DNA of 64,000 nt from Actinomycetota bacterium (GCA_046537785.1 JBKHKD010000002.1:71082-135081); one strand, 5' to 3'. Numbered from the stretch's first letter, positions 48,166 to 57,348 are shown. Notes: generated by a model from the letters alone, not told the origin. Numbers and translations: made by a program.

Positions 48166-49316
48166 GAAAACTTCTCGAGCGCACCCGTCTGGCCATGGCG
48201 GAATCCAACAACATGGGCAAGTTGCTCACCCTCCCCAATGATGACCGTGCGGTCGTTGTCTACGCCGAAGATACGTTTAGCTACATCCAGCTCAAGGGAT
48301 ACCTGCGTGCCCTCTGGGTGAACCACGGGGTGCCTTATCAATACGTGACCTCGGCTCCCGATGATCCTCTTCTCGAAGATCCTCCCCCCGGGGCCACCAC
48401 CTGGTTCATTCGCGAACAACTGGCACGGATGATGAGCTCACTCGAGTGTGGCATCTTCATCACAACCATGCCCGATCTGGGAAACTTCCAGGTTCCCCGG
48501 CCGAAGTCTGGGAGGGCTTTGTATGTCTTCCACTCGCTCAACAGCACTCATACCGCCTATCGCTCTGGCGCATTCGACAACTATGACCAATTCATGTGCA
48601 CGGGACCGCATCACATCGAGGAGTTGGGTCGACTGCGGCCCGACTCGAATCCGGTGCTTTCTGAGGTGGGCTACTACAAGCTCGACCTGATCAGGGAAGA
48701 ACACGCAGATTGGCTTGAACGTGACGCGATCGAGGAGGATCTCGTCCTCCTTGCCCCATCGTGGGGGCGCCATAATCTTCTCGAGGCACACGGAAGTGAG
48801 ATCATCGCCTCGCTGGTAACTTCCGGTTTCCGGGTGATCGTCCGGCCCCATCCGCAATTCTTTCACTCGCTCTATCCCGAAGGCGCCGGGGTGATCGGGC
48901 GCCTCCAAGAGGAGTTTGGCGTCGACCATTCGGTCGAATTCGAGCTCAACATCGACTCTCAAGACTCATTCCATCGCAGCGCCCTGATGATCAGCGACTG
49001 GTCCGGTGCCGCCTACGAGTACGCGCTGGGGACACATCGGCGGGTCCTGTTCATCGATACCCCACAGAAGATCTTCAACCCGGGCTGGGAGCAGATCGGT
49101 CTCGCCAGCTTCGAGGGAGAGATGCGAGACCAGGTGGGTGAAGTGCTGGCCACCGATTCGGTGCATTCCACCGGGAACGTTGCCTACGACGTGATCCGAC
49201 GAAGCCGCTACTCCCGCTCCGACCTCGCGGAATTGGCGAGCCAAAAAATCTTCAACCTGGATGAGAGCGCCAGGGTCGGTGCCGAAGTAATCGCAGATAC
49301 CCTCTCTCGCTCATGA
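48162..49316 (+). CDS. TagF/TagB-like CDP-alcohol phosphotransferase family protein
   Basis: LLAPSWG (compare the TagF YAPTWR motif), VIVRPHP and ISDWSGAAYEYA (compare DYSS). ATGA-coupled upstream and downstream. Confidence 0.6.
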   Translation: MRKLLERTRLAMAESNNMGKLLTLPNDDRAVVVYAEDTFSYIQLKGYLRALWVNHGVPYQYVTSAPDDPLLEDPPPGATTWFIREQLARMMSSLECGIFITTMPDLGNFQVPRPKSGRALYVFHSLNSTHTAYRSGAFDNYDQFMCTGPHHIEELGRLRPDSNPVLSEVGYYKLDLIREEHADWLERDAIEEDLVLLAPSWGRHNLLEAHGSEIIASLVTSGFRVIVRPHPQFFHSLYPEGAGVIGRLQEEFGVDHSVEFELNIDSQDSFHRSALMISDWSGAAYEYALGTHRRVLFIDTPQKIFNPGWEQIGLASFEGEMRDQVGEVLATDSVHSTGNVAYDVIRRSRYSRSDLAELASQKIFNLDESARVGAEVIADTLSRS

Positions 49317-50860
49317 CTTTCCGAGACCCGGATCTGTCCGTGCCTCCGCGGCGGCTTCACTGGGTGGACTTTGCCCTCATCGCGATACCGGCCTTCCAAT
49401 TGCCACTTTTGGTCGTCGCTGAGAATGGTATCGGTATTGGACATCCGGAGCTTCTGTTGTTCTTCGGCGGTCTGGTATGGGGGTTAGGAGCGCTCATTCT
49501 CGTTGTCGTGCGCCGGCTCGGTGTCCCTGGCTCGGTCTCGGTACTCGGAGCGTGGCTCTGTGTCTACCTGTTCATGAACACTGGGGCGATTCCCGATAGG
49601 TTCGGATATCCACTCGGGCTGCTCGTGACTCTCGGGACTCTCACCATCTTGCTCTATCTGGTGTCTCAGAGGCCAGAGATCCGTAGTCGGCTCGTCCTAG
49701 GTCTAGCGAGTGTCCTGCTGCTGGCCGAGATACTCATCACCGGGTATGCGACCTTCGCCGACTTTGGGGAAAGTCGGGTCGCTTCTAGTCCGAGCTCGGT
49801 CGACGTCGAACTCGAGCAGAAGCCCGACGTGGTGATGATCATTGCGGACGCTTACGCGGGCGTAGATGGCTTGAGTCGATATTTCGACGTCGATTCACGA
49901 GTGAAGAACACGTACTCGATGAGCGGATTCTGGGTTCCAGACTTGGCATTCTCTCCATACGCAAGTACCGACACCGCACTCTCGACGATGCTGGACATGA
50001 GCTATCCCCTTACTGCCGGACCGGGCATAACTCGTGCGACAAGGCGGGATCTGTACAGGCTGATCGGAGGCGACAACCGCGTGGTCGATGTCTTTCGACA
50101 AAACGAATACCAGGTCACCATGATCGAATCCGGTTGGAGCGGATCGACCTGTGGTGATGTGATCGATACCTGTCCGAGCCCATTTATCGATGAGAGTGTT
50201 TATATCATGCTCGCCGAGACTTGGATTGGCGATCTCGTCCTAGACAGGTTTGGCTACGCGTTCACGGTGGGTACTCGGTCGTCGATGTCATGGCTGGATG
50301 ACAATCTCGTCGAACTGGCGACCGACGAGAAGCCGGACTTCGTTTTTGCCCATCTCGGTATACCGCATCCACCAATGTTCCTCGACTCGGATTGTGAGCT
50401 GCAGGTGACCCCGGACCGGAACGGTGTGACCATGCAGCGACGAGACGTTCCAACCGACGACAGGAAGAAGCTCTATCTCGAGCAGGCAGCGTGTGTCGAT
50501 TCGTTCGTCACGTCACTCGCCGACTCATTGCCGAATGATGTTGTGTTGATACTGACCGGCGACCATGGGACCGACTCGCACCACCAACTGGCAGAGCATC
50601 CGGAGGATTGGTCGACTGACATGATTCGCGAACGATTGAACACGATGTTTGCCTTTCGCGGTCCCGAGGAATGCCGACCGCCCGAGCCCGTTCTCACGGC
50701 CGACCTCTTCCGGCATCTGTTCACCTGCCTGAGTGACGAATCATTGCCGGTGCCACCGCAACAGTTGTACATCTATGCCGCTCTGGAGATCGATGGGGCA
50801 CCCTCACCGATCGTCGAGGTGGAGCCATCGGTGATCGCTGAACTTGTCGGTGGGAGCTGA
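49313..50860 (+). CDS. Membrane-anchored alkaline-phosphatase-superfamily enzyme, paralog 3
   Basis: N-terminal TM segments; KPDVVMIIADAYAGVDG, FVFAHLGIPHPPMF and ILTGDHGTDS. Last gene of the phosphonate operon. Confidence 0.7.
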   Translation: MTFRDPDLSVPPRRLHWVDFALIAIPAFQLPLLVVAENGIGIGHPELLLFFGGLVWGLGALILVVVRRLGVPGSVSVLGAWLCVYLFMNTGAIPDRFGYPLGLLVTLGTLTILLYLVSQRPEIRSRLVLGLASVLLLAEILITGYATFADFGESRVASSPSSVDVELEQKPDVVMIIADAYAGVDGLSRYFDVDSRVKNTYSMSGFWVPDLAFSPYASTDTALSTMLDMSYPLTAGPGITRATRRDLYRLIGGDNRVVDVFRQNEYQVTMIESGWSGSTCGDVIDTCPSPFIDESVYIMLAETWIGDLVLDRFGYAFTVGTRSSMSWLDDNLVELATDEKPDFVFAHLGIPHPPMFLDSDCELQVTPDRNGVTMQRRDVPTDDRKKLYLEQAACVDSFVTSLADSLPNDVVLILTGDHGTDSHHQLAEHPEDWSTDMIRERLNTMFAFRGPEECRPPEPVLTADLFRHLFTCLSDESLPVPPQQLYIYAALEIDGAPSPIVEVEPSVIAELVGGS

Positions 50861-51289
50861 AGAGCTTGGACTTGACCACGGCGGTCTGACGTAAGGGCGC
50901 TACCTAGGGCACGCGGTCTACAAGATCCATCCGGATCATAGGTTCCCCCTGTCGCATGGGGTGTCTGCCGGGAGATACCCATCCCTTTGGGCGACCTGAG
51001 CAATAGGACGGCCACCCGGCGGATCGGTTCACACAGGATCCTCCGGCCAGCTGGCGTCAGCGGAGCGTTAGCGCGCATGACAAGCCTCCTTTTGGGTGTT
51101 GGTTGCGTGCAAGCACCGCACAACCAGGGAGGCTCAAACCCTCACAACGTCAACAACCTCTCTTAATCAGAACACCTAGCCGTTCTTGAGCGTGAGCCCG
51201 GGCTGTGGACAGGAGTGCAGGAAGCGGGATTGCTTCATGGGTGGAAGAGTCCTTTGGAAACAAGGGTTCCCGTTCGATAATGACGAGTT

Positions 51290-52672
51290 GTGAACAAGTT
51301 GTCCGTCCTCATGCCCGTCTACAACGAGTCGCGCACCTTGCGGACGATTGTCGCCAAGGTGCTTGCCTCACCGGTCGACGCTGAGATCGAGTTGGTCTGT
51401 GTAGATGATTGCTCGAAAGATGATTCTCTTGCGATTCTTCACGAGCTGGCAGAGGCCGATTCCCGGATCAGGGTCATTGCCCAGTCGGTGAACTTGGGCA
51501 AGGGCAAAGCGATCCGTACCGCTATCGGGCACATGACCGGCGATGTCGGGATCATCCAGGACGCCGACTTGGAGTATGACCCGAATGAGTACCCGCTCGT
51601 TCTGGCGCCGCTCCTGGAAGGACGAGCCGACGCAGTGTACGGCTCCCGGTTCGCCTCCAGCGAGCAGCGTCGTGTCCTCTTCTTCTGGCACGCGCTAGGC
51701 AACAAGCTGCTCACGCTCATGTCGAATATGGCCAACGACCTCAATCTCACCGACATGGAGACCTGCTACAAGGCGGTTCGCGCCGACGTTCTCAAGGAGC
51801 TTCGACTCACCAGCGACCGGTTCGGGCTTGAGCCGGAGATCACCGCTCGCCTCGCCCAGTGGGGCGCCCGTATCTACGAGGTGCCGATCAGTTATCACGG
51901 ACGCACCTACGCCGAAGGCAAGAACATCGGTTGGAGAGACGGAATGGAAGCACTCTGGCTCATCTTTAAGTTCCGGCTTCTCGACACTCGAGCGACGAAC
52001 GAAGACTCGGTCGTCACGAGGCAGAGCCTGGGGAGTGCCCCCCGCTTCCGCCGCTGGATCCTGTCATCGTTTGACGACTACCTGAGAGACACCGTGCTCG
52101 AGATCAATGCCGGGCCGGGGCACACTACTAGCCATCTGCTCGACGCAAGGAGACTGATCGTCTCTGATGAGGAGCTGGTCCACGTCGAATCGCTGCGTCG
52201 TCGTTTCGGTCACTTGGAGAACGTCGAGGTGATGACGAGCGAAGAGTTGGATCACTCAGACGTGCGGGTCTCGTCGGCTCTGGTGTTCGACGGGTTACAA
52301 CGTGCCGGCGAGCCCAAGGAGTTCTTGGCCTCGGTAGCGTCTCATGTCGAGTCGGGCGGTCATGTTCTCATCCAGGTGCCCGCGGGCCCTGAGCTCTTCG
52401 GACCCACCGACAGGGCCGCTGGGCATGTGAAACGCTTCGACCGCCAAGATATCGAAGATGTCGTTCGCGCCGCCGGGTTGGAGCTCGTGGATATTGCCGA
52501 GGTGAACCGTCTCGGAGCCCTCGGCTGGAGGCTCCATCATTGGCTGGGGAAGGGGCGCATCACGACGTCGGAGGCTCGTCTCTTCGACCTCCTGGTTCCG
52601 CTGGTACGCTCGCTCGACCCCATCTTCCCCGGCCGTGGCCTCAGTCTGCTGGTGGTGGCTCGATCGCCTTGA
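51290..52672 (+). CDS. GT2 (DPM1/GtrB-like polyprenyl-phosphate glycosyltransferase) fused to a C-terminal class-I SAM methyltransferase-like domain
   Basis: LSVLMPVYNE, CVDDCSKD and IQDADLEYDP (GT-A DxD), then VLEINAGPGHTT, a Rossmann-type MTase motif I. Confidence 0.7.
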   Translation: MNKLSVLMPVYNESRTLRTIVAKVLASPVDAEIELVCVDDCSKDDSLAILHELAEADSRIRVIAQSVNLGKGKAIRTAIGHMTGDVGIIQDADLEYDPNEYPLVLAPLLEGRADAVYGSRFASSEQRRVLFFWHALGNKLLTLMSNMANDLNLTDMETCYKAVRADVLKELRLTSDRFGLEPEITARLAQWGARIYEVPISYHGRTYAEGKNIGWRDGMEALWLIFKFRLLDTRATNEDSVVTRQSLGSAPRFRRWILSSFDDYLRDTVLEINAGPGHTTSHLLDARRLIVSDEELVHVESLRRRFGHLENVEVMTSEELDHSDVRVSSALVFDGLQRAGEPKEFLASVASHVESGGHVLIQVPAGPELFGPTDRAAGHVKRFDRQDIEDVVRAAGLELVDIAEVNRLGALGWRLHHWLGKGRITTSEARLFDLLVPLVRSLDPIFPGRGLSLLVVARSP

Positions 52673-52743
52673 CCGAAGTCCCTGTGGAACGGGCGCTCAG
52701 GCTCAAGTCGGCCTTGCCCCTGCCGATGGCATAACAGAGTCCT

Positions 52744-53484
52744 TTGCGTTGGGAGCACGCAATGTATCGAAATCTGAGAGTCATGGGCTTAGTACCTGTG
52801 CTCGATGAGGAGAAGAAGGTCGGTCTCGTTCTCGAGCGAGTCCCCACCGACGTCGTCGACCTGACCCTGGTGATCGATGACGGATCGACCGACGCCTCAG
52901 CTCAGGTAGCGCGCTCCAAAGGTGCCAAAGTGATCGAACTCGGGGCCACTGTCGGTGTCGGAGCAGCGATCAGGACCGGGTTCCAGTACGCGATCGCAGA
53001 AGGGTTCGATGTGGTCGTCGTGATGGCGGGAAATAACAAGGACTCCCCGGAGGAGATCCCGCTGCTCTTGGACGAATTGACCGATCGCCCGGCGGACTTG
53101 GTTCAGGGCTCCAGATGGTCGGGCGATGCTAGTGACTTCGGAGAGATGCCGGCCTATCGCAAGGTGGCCACACGCCTTCACCCGATGCTGTTCAATCTCA
53201 TCTCCCCCGTCAAGCTGACAGACACGACCAACGGCTTTCGGGCTGTCCGTACCAGCCTCCTCGCCGATGAGGACCTGAATCTCGATCAGAGCTGGCTCGA
53301 CGACTACGAACTCGAGGTCTATCTGCTCTATAGGGCGGCCCAGCTCGGGTACGAGCTCTCCGAGGTCGGCGTCACCAAGAGATACCCTCCGAAGGCATTG
53401 GGGCAGACAAAAATGAAGCCGATATCGGGATGGTGGTCGATCCTTCGTCCGCTGGTTCTGCTGGCCGTACGGCTCAAGAGGTGA
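52744..53484 (+). CDS. GT2 family glycosyltransferase (DPM1-like)
   Basis: LVIDDGSTD and VVVVMAGNNKDSPEE…LVQGSRW. Confidence 0.75.
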   Translation: MRWEHAMYRNLRVMGLVPVLDEEKKVGLVLERVPTDVVDLTLVIDDGSTDASAQVARSKGAKVIELGATVGVGAAIRTGFQYAIAEGFDVVVVMAGNNKDSPEEIPLLLDELTDRPADLVQGSRWSGDASDFGEMPAYRKVATRLHPMLFNLISPVKLTDTTNGFRAVRTSLLADEDLNLDQSWLDDYELEVYLLYRAAQLGYELSEVGVTKRYPPKALGQTKMKPISGWWSILRPLVLLAVRLKR

Positions 53485-53499
53485 GGAAGTGACTCGAAA

Positions 53500-54531
53500 A
53501 TGATGACAGGAATCGGAGTCGTGGGTGCCGGTCATTGGGGTCCCCACCTGATACGAAACTTCAACGATCATCTGTCCAGTCAGGTCCTCTGGGTAGCGGA
53601 GAGGGATGAGCGTCGCAAGAAGGGCATCTCGGAACGGTTTCCGGGGACGGCAGTCACTGCTGATGTGGATGAGATTCTGTCGGATGACCGGGTCGATGCC
53701 GTCATCGTGGCGACACCGACTTCTACCCACGCTGCGATTGTTCAAGATGCGCTGGAAGCCGACAAGCACGTACTAGTGGAAAAGCCCATCGCCTATGGTC
53801 TTGAGGACTCCATCGCCCTTTGCGAGATGGCCGACAGCCGAGGTCTCACGTTGATGGTGGGGCACGTGTTCCTGTTCAACCCAGCGTTCCGTGCCGCACG
53901 GGATTACATCCACCGGGGCGACTTGGGGCTCATCAGATACCTGTCAATGGTTCGTACCAATCTGGGTCCGGTTCGCACCGACGTGAACGCTGCTTGGGAC
54001 TTGGCCAGCCACGACGTTTCCATCGCGAACTATTGGCTGGATGCGCTGCCTAAGAGTGTCAGTGCAAGAGGAGGGAGTTGGCTGAACGAAGGGATCGACG
54101 ACGTCGTCTTTGCGACTCTCTCCTATCCGGATGATGTGCTCGTGCACATCGAAGCTTCGTGGCTGAATCCGAGAAAGCGACGTCTGGTGGCGGCTATCGG
54201 GTCTGATCGCATGTTGACGGTGGACGACATGGATCTGAACGAGCCAATTCGCCTTTATGACAAGGGGGTCCTAGAGCGCCCGAAGGAGGACTTCTCTGAT
54301 ACCTTCGCCGGTTTCCGCAATCAGATCAGAGAGGGAGAGGTGCGTATCCCCCATGTCACCGGAGGCGAGCCCTTGCGAACCGAGTGTGACGAGTTTTTGC
54401 GCCGCATCGCGGGCAGCGATGACACCCTTTCCGATGGATGGGAGGGAGCACGGGTCGTCGCGGTACTCGACGCGATTGACCGATCGATCGTTGAGGGCGG
54501 TGCCTCCATCGTCGTGGAGAAGATTCGATGA
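53500..54531 (+). CDS. Gfo/Idh/MocA-family NAD(P)-dependent sugar oxidoreductase (WbpB-like)
   Basis: GIGVVGAGHWGPHLIRNF Rossmann motif plus a Gfo/Idh/MocA C-terminal domain. Confidence 0.85.
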   Translation: MMTGIGVVGAGHWGPHLIRNFNDHLSSQVLWVAERDERRKKGISERFPGTAVTADVDEILSDDRVDAVIVATPTSTHAAIVQDALEADKHVLVEKPIAYGLEDSIALCEMADSRGLTLMVGHVFLFNPAFRAARDYIHRGDLGLIRYLSMVRTNLGPVRTDVNAAWDLASHDVSIANYWLDALPKSVSARGGSWLNEGIDDVVFATLSYPDDVLVHIEASWLNPRKRRLVAAIGSDRMLTVDDMDLNEPIRLYDKGVLERPKEDFSDTFAGFRNQIREGEVRIPHVTGGEPLRTECDEFLRRIAGSDDTLSDGWEGARVVAVLDAIDRSIVEGGASIVVEKIR

Positions 54532-55631
54532 AGGTTCCCCTGGTCGATCTGGCCTGGCAACACCGGCAGATCGCGGATGAGGTCGAGCGGGGCCTGCATG
54601 AGGTGATGGAGACCACTGCCTTCATTCACGGGCCACAACTACATTCGTTCGAGGAGGCGTTCGCGTTGTTTCTCGGAGTCGAGCACTGTGTCGGTGTGGG
54701 GAGCGGGACCGATGCCCTCGAGTTGACGGTGAGAGCCCTCGACATCGGGCCCGGAGATGTCGTTGTGGTCCCGGCCAACAGCTTCATCGCCAGCGCCCTC
54801 GGCATCCTCCGGGCCGGAGCCGACGTCGTCCTGGTCGATTGCCATCCCGACACCTACCTGATGGACGTGGCGCGGGTGGCCGACCTCATCGACTCCAAGG
54901 TGAGGGCGATCATGCCCGTCCATCTCTACGGTCAGATCGCGCCGATCGAGGACATGCCCGACTTGCCTGAGAGGGTGGTGGTCATCGAGGATGCCGCGCA
55001 ATCGCAAGGAGCCACCCGTAACGGGGAAGGGTCAGGCTCGTTCGGTGTGGCGGCTGCGACGAGCTTCTATCCCGGTAAGAACATCGGGGCCTACGGCGAC
55101 GGGGGGGCGGTGCTGACGGACGATGACGCCCTCGCCGCCCAGGTGAGGAAGTTGGGCAACTGGGGGTCGGCCGAGAAGTACCACCATCCCGAGTTGGGGT
55201 TCAACTCCCGACTCGACACCGTTCAGGCGGTCATCCTCCAGGCGAAGTTAAGCCGCCTCGCGGAGTGGAACGGGATGCGCCGCGCCGCCGCCGAGTGGTA
55301 TCGAGAGGCTCTCCACGACGTGGAGAAGGTGTTGCTTCCACTCACACTGGAGGGGAACGAGCACATCTGGCATCTCTTCGTGATTCGGGTACCAAACCGG
55401 GATGCGGTGTTGGCGCGGTTACATGGGCGTGGTGTGGGCGCCGGCATCCATTATCCGGTTCCAATGCACCTCCAGGGAGCGCTATCTGATCTGGGCTATC
55501 GCAGAGGTGACTTTCCGGTAACAGAGAGAGTTGCCGGTGAGATCCTTTCACTGCCCATCTACCCGGGCATCACCGAAGCCCAGCAACAGTACGTGGTCGA
55601 GTCCCTGAAAGAGGCATTGGCGTTCTCCTGA
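54528..55631 (+). CDS. DegT/DnrJ/EryC1/StrS-family PLP sugar aminotransferase (WbpE-like)
   Basis: VPLVDL…, GVGSGTDAL and the family Lys region; 367 aa; ATGA-coupled. Confidence 0.9.
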   Translation: MKVPLVDLAWQHRQIADEVERGLHEVMETTAFIHGPQLHSFEEAFALFLGVEHCVGVGSGTDALELTVRALDIGPGDVVVVPANSFIASALGILRAGADVVLVDCHPDTYLMDVARVADLIDSKVRAIMPVHLYGQIAPIEDMPDLPERVVVIEDAAQSQGATRNGEGSGSFGVAAATSFYPGKNIGAYGDGGAVLTDDDALAAQVRKLGNWGSAEKYHHPELGFNSRLDTVQAVILQAKLSRLAEWNGMRRAAAEWYREALHDVEKVLLPLTLEGNEHIWHLFVIRVPNRDAVLARLHGRGVGAGIHYPVPMHLQGALSDLGYRRGDFPVTERVAGEILSLPIYPGITEAQQQYVVESLKEALAFS

Positions 55632-55632
55632 C

Positions 55633-56199
55633 ATGGCCACGGACTATTTCGCCCACCCCACTGCTCTGGTCGAGACCGACGACGTCGGTTCGGGGAGCAG
55701 AGTCTGGGCTTTTGCCCACGTGATGGAAGGTGCGATCCTAGGACGGCATTGCAAGGTCGGAGACCATTCGTTCATTGAGGGCGGTGCGTCGCTGGGTGAT
55801 CGTGTGACTGTCAAGAACGGGTGTCTCATCTGGCACGGAGTACACATCGGCGACGATGTCTTCGTTGGTCCGAATGTCGTGTTCACCAACGACATGAGAC
55901 CTCGGGTTCGGTATCAGACGACTTCTCAGGAATGGCTGGACACCGAGGTAGGGGAGAGAGCTTCAATCGGGGCGAACTCGACGATCCTCTGCGGAATCCG
56001 CATCGGACGCAACGCGATGGTCGGGGCGGGGTCCGTCGTAACCAAGAGTGTGAAAGACCACGCCATGGTCGTGGGCAATCCGGCCCGACAGGTCGGCTGG
56101 GCGTGTGACTGCGGTGAGTCTCTCGATGGGGACCTTACATGTGCGGCATGCGGCCGCTTCTATCGAAAGGGCTTGAAGGGTTTGGAGGAAATCGAATGA
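55633..56199 (+). CDS. Hexapeptide-repeat (left-handed beta-helix) sugar N-acetyltransferase (WbpD-like) with C-terminal Cys4 ribbon
   Basis: Hexapeptide repeats (IGDDVFVGPNVVFTND…) and a CDCGESLDGDLTCAACGRFY tail. Confidence 0.8.
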   Translation: MATDYFAHPTALVETDDVGSGSRVWAFAHVMEGAILGRHCKVGDHSFIEGGASLGDRVTVKNGCLIWHGVHIGDDVFVGPNVVFTNDMRPRVRYQTTSQEWLDTEVGERASIGANSTILCGIRIGRNAMVGAGSVVTKSVKDHAMVVGNPARQVGWACDCGESLDGDLTCAACGRFYRKGLKGLEEIE

Positions 56200-57299
56200 A
56201 GCGATCGCTTGCTCTCCTGGCCCTCGTGGCCATGATCCTCAGCGCATTGGTGGTCGTTCGGCTCTTGGCGCTTCACGATTTCAACCCGACCACGACGATC
56301 AAGTTCGGCGAAGTCTTCGAAGAGCACAACGAGTATGCCGAGGAGTTGCTCGGTGAGGTGGTTCTTGCTCCTGAGGCCGGCCACGATGGCAAGTTCTTCT
56401 TCTCTCAGGCGATGGATCCGTTCTATCTGGAGCCTGAGGATCATGCGATCTATCTGGATCGCCCGAGTTACCGGGCGCAGAGGATGGCTTATCCCACCTT
56501 GGCCTCTTTGGGAGGGACTCTGGGGGCGCTTGGCACCGCTTGGGGTTTGATCGCGGTCAACATTGTGGCGATGGTGGTTGGCTCGGTGTATACGGGCCTC
56601 GCCGCCACCCGAATGAATCTGTCTCCATGGTTTGGCCTCGCCTTTCTCTTCAATCCAGGGATGATCGTCGAACTCGGCATCGACGGCGGTGGGGTAGTGG
56701 CCATGGCGGGGATGATGGCCGGCGTCTATTACATGCTCCAGGATCGAGTCTGGCTTGCTGCCGTTGCCCTCTCCATCGCGGCATTGGCCCGTGAGACGAT
56801 GCTCATCGCGGCGATAGGGCTGGCAGCCTTCATCCTCTTCCGCTGCCGAAGACTGGAGTGGAAGCTGGCGATGCCCGTAACCGTCGTTGGTGCTTGGTGG
56901 GTATACGTCCGCGCGCGACTCGACGAAGCGCTCGCCCAGGACACCCAGGCTCTGGCCCTCCCGTTTCAGGGTATTGCCGGAGCCTTCCGAGGGTGGGTGA
57001 GTTCGTCCGGAGATGCTCTCGACCTCGTGGTCGGATGTGTCGTTCTACTGGTCGCGCTTATGGTGGTCGTCCGGTCGGCAATATCACCCACTGCTCTCGG
57101 TTGGGCGGCGGCAGGCTTTGCCCTACTTGGCGTGATACTCTCCGAACCGGTCTGGGCAAAGTGGTTTGACTCGACCCGAGCCCTCGCCCCTGTTCTCACC
57201 GCCTACATCCTGATGGTGCCTGCCACCTCGCGGACCACCGCCACTCCTGAGGAGTTGCGTGAGTCGGAGATTCCCCTCTCCTCATCATCTTCGTCTTGA
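56196..57299 (+). CDS. Polytopic membrane protein, paralog A (possible GT-C-like glycosyltransferase or polymerase)
   Basis: Signal/TM MKRSLALLALVAMIL, then a periplasmic loop with GHDGKFFFSQAMDPFYLEPEDHAIYLDRPSYRAQRMAYP, then about 8 TM segments. ATGA-coupled to the acetyltransferase. Confidence 0.55.
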   Translation: MKRSLALLALVAMILSALVVVRLLALHDFNPTTTIKFGEVFEEHNEYAEELLGEVVLAPEAGHDGKFFFSQAMDPFYLEPEDHAIYLDRPSYRAQRMAYPTLASLGGTLGALGTAWGLIAVNIVAMVVGSVYTGLAATRMNLSPWFGLAFLFNPGMIVELGIDGGGVVAMAGMMAGVYYMLQDRVWLAAVALSIAALARETMLIAAIGLAAFILFRCRRLEWKLAMPVTVVGAWWVYVRARLDEALAQDTQALALPFQGIAGAFRGWVSSSGDALDLVVGCVVLLVALMVVVRSAISPTALGWAAAGFALLGVILSEPVWAKWFDSTRALAPVLTAYILMVPATSRTTATPEELRESEIPLSSSSSS

Positions 57300-57348
57300 T
57301 GCGTGAGTCAGGCATCGACAGGTCCGCCCATAGAGAGTCGGGTATCGC

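Noticed and set aside
50773-51123. 116-aa minus-strand ORF inside the long intergenic leader
   Set aside because: Low-complexity with no start context. The region is better treated as non-coding regulatory sequence.
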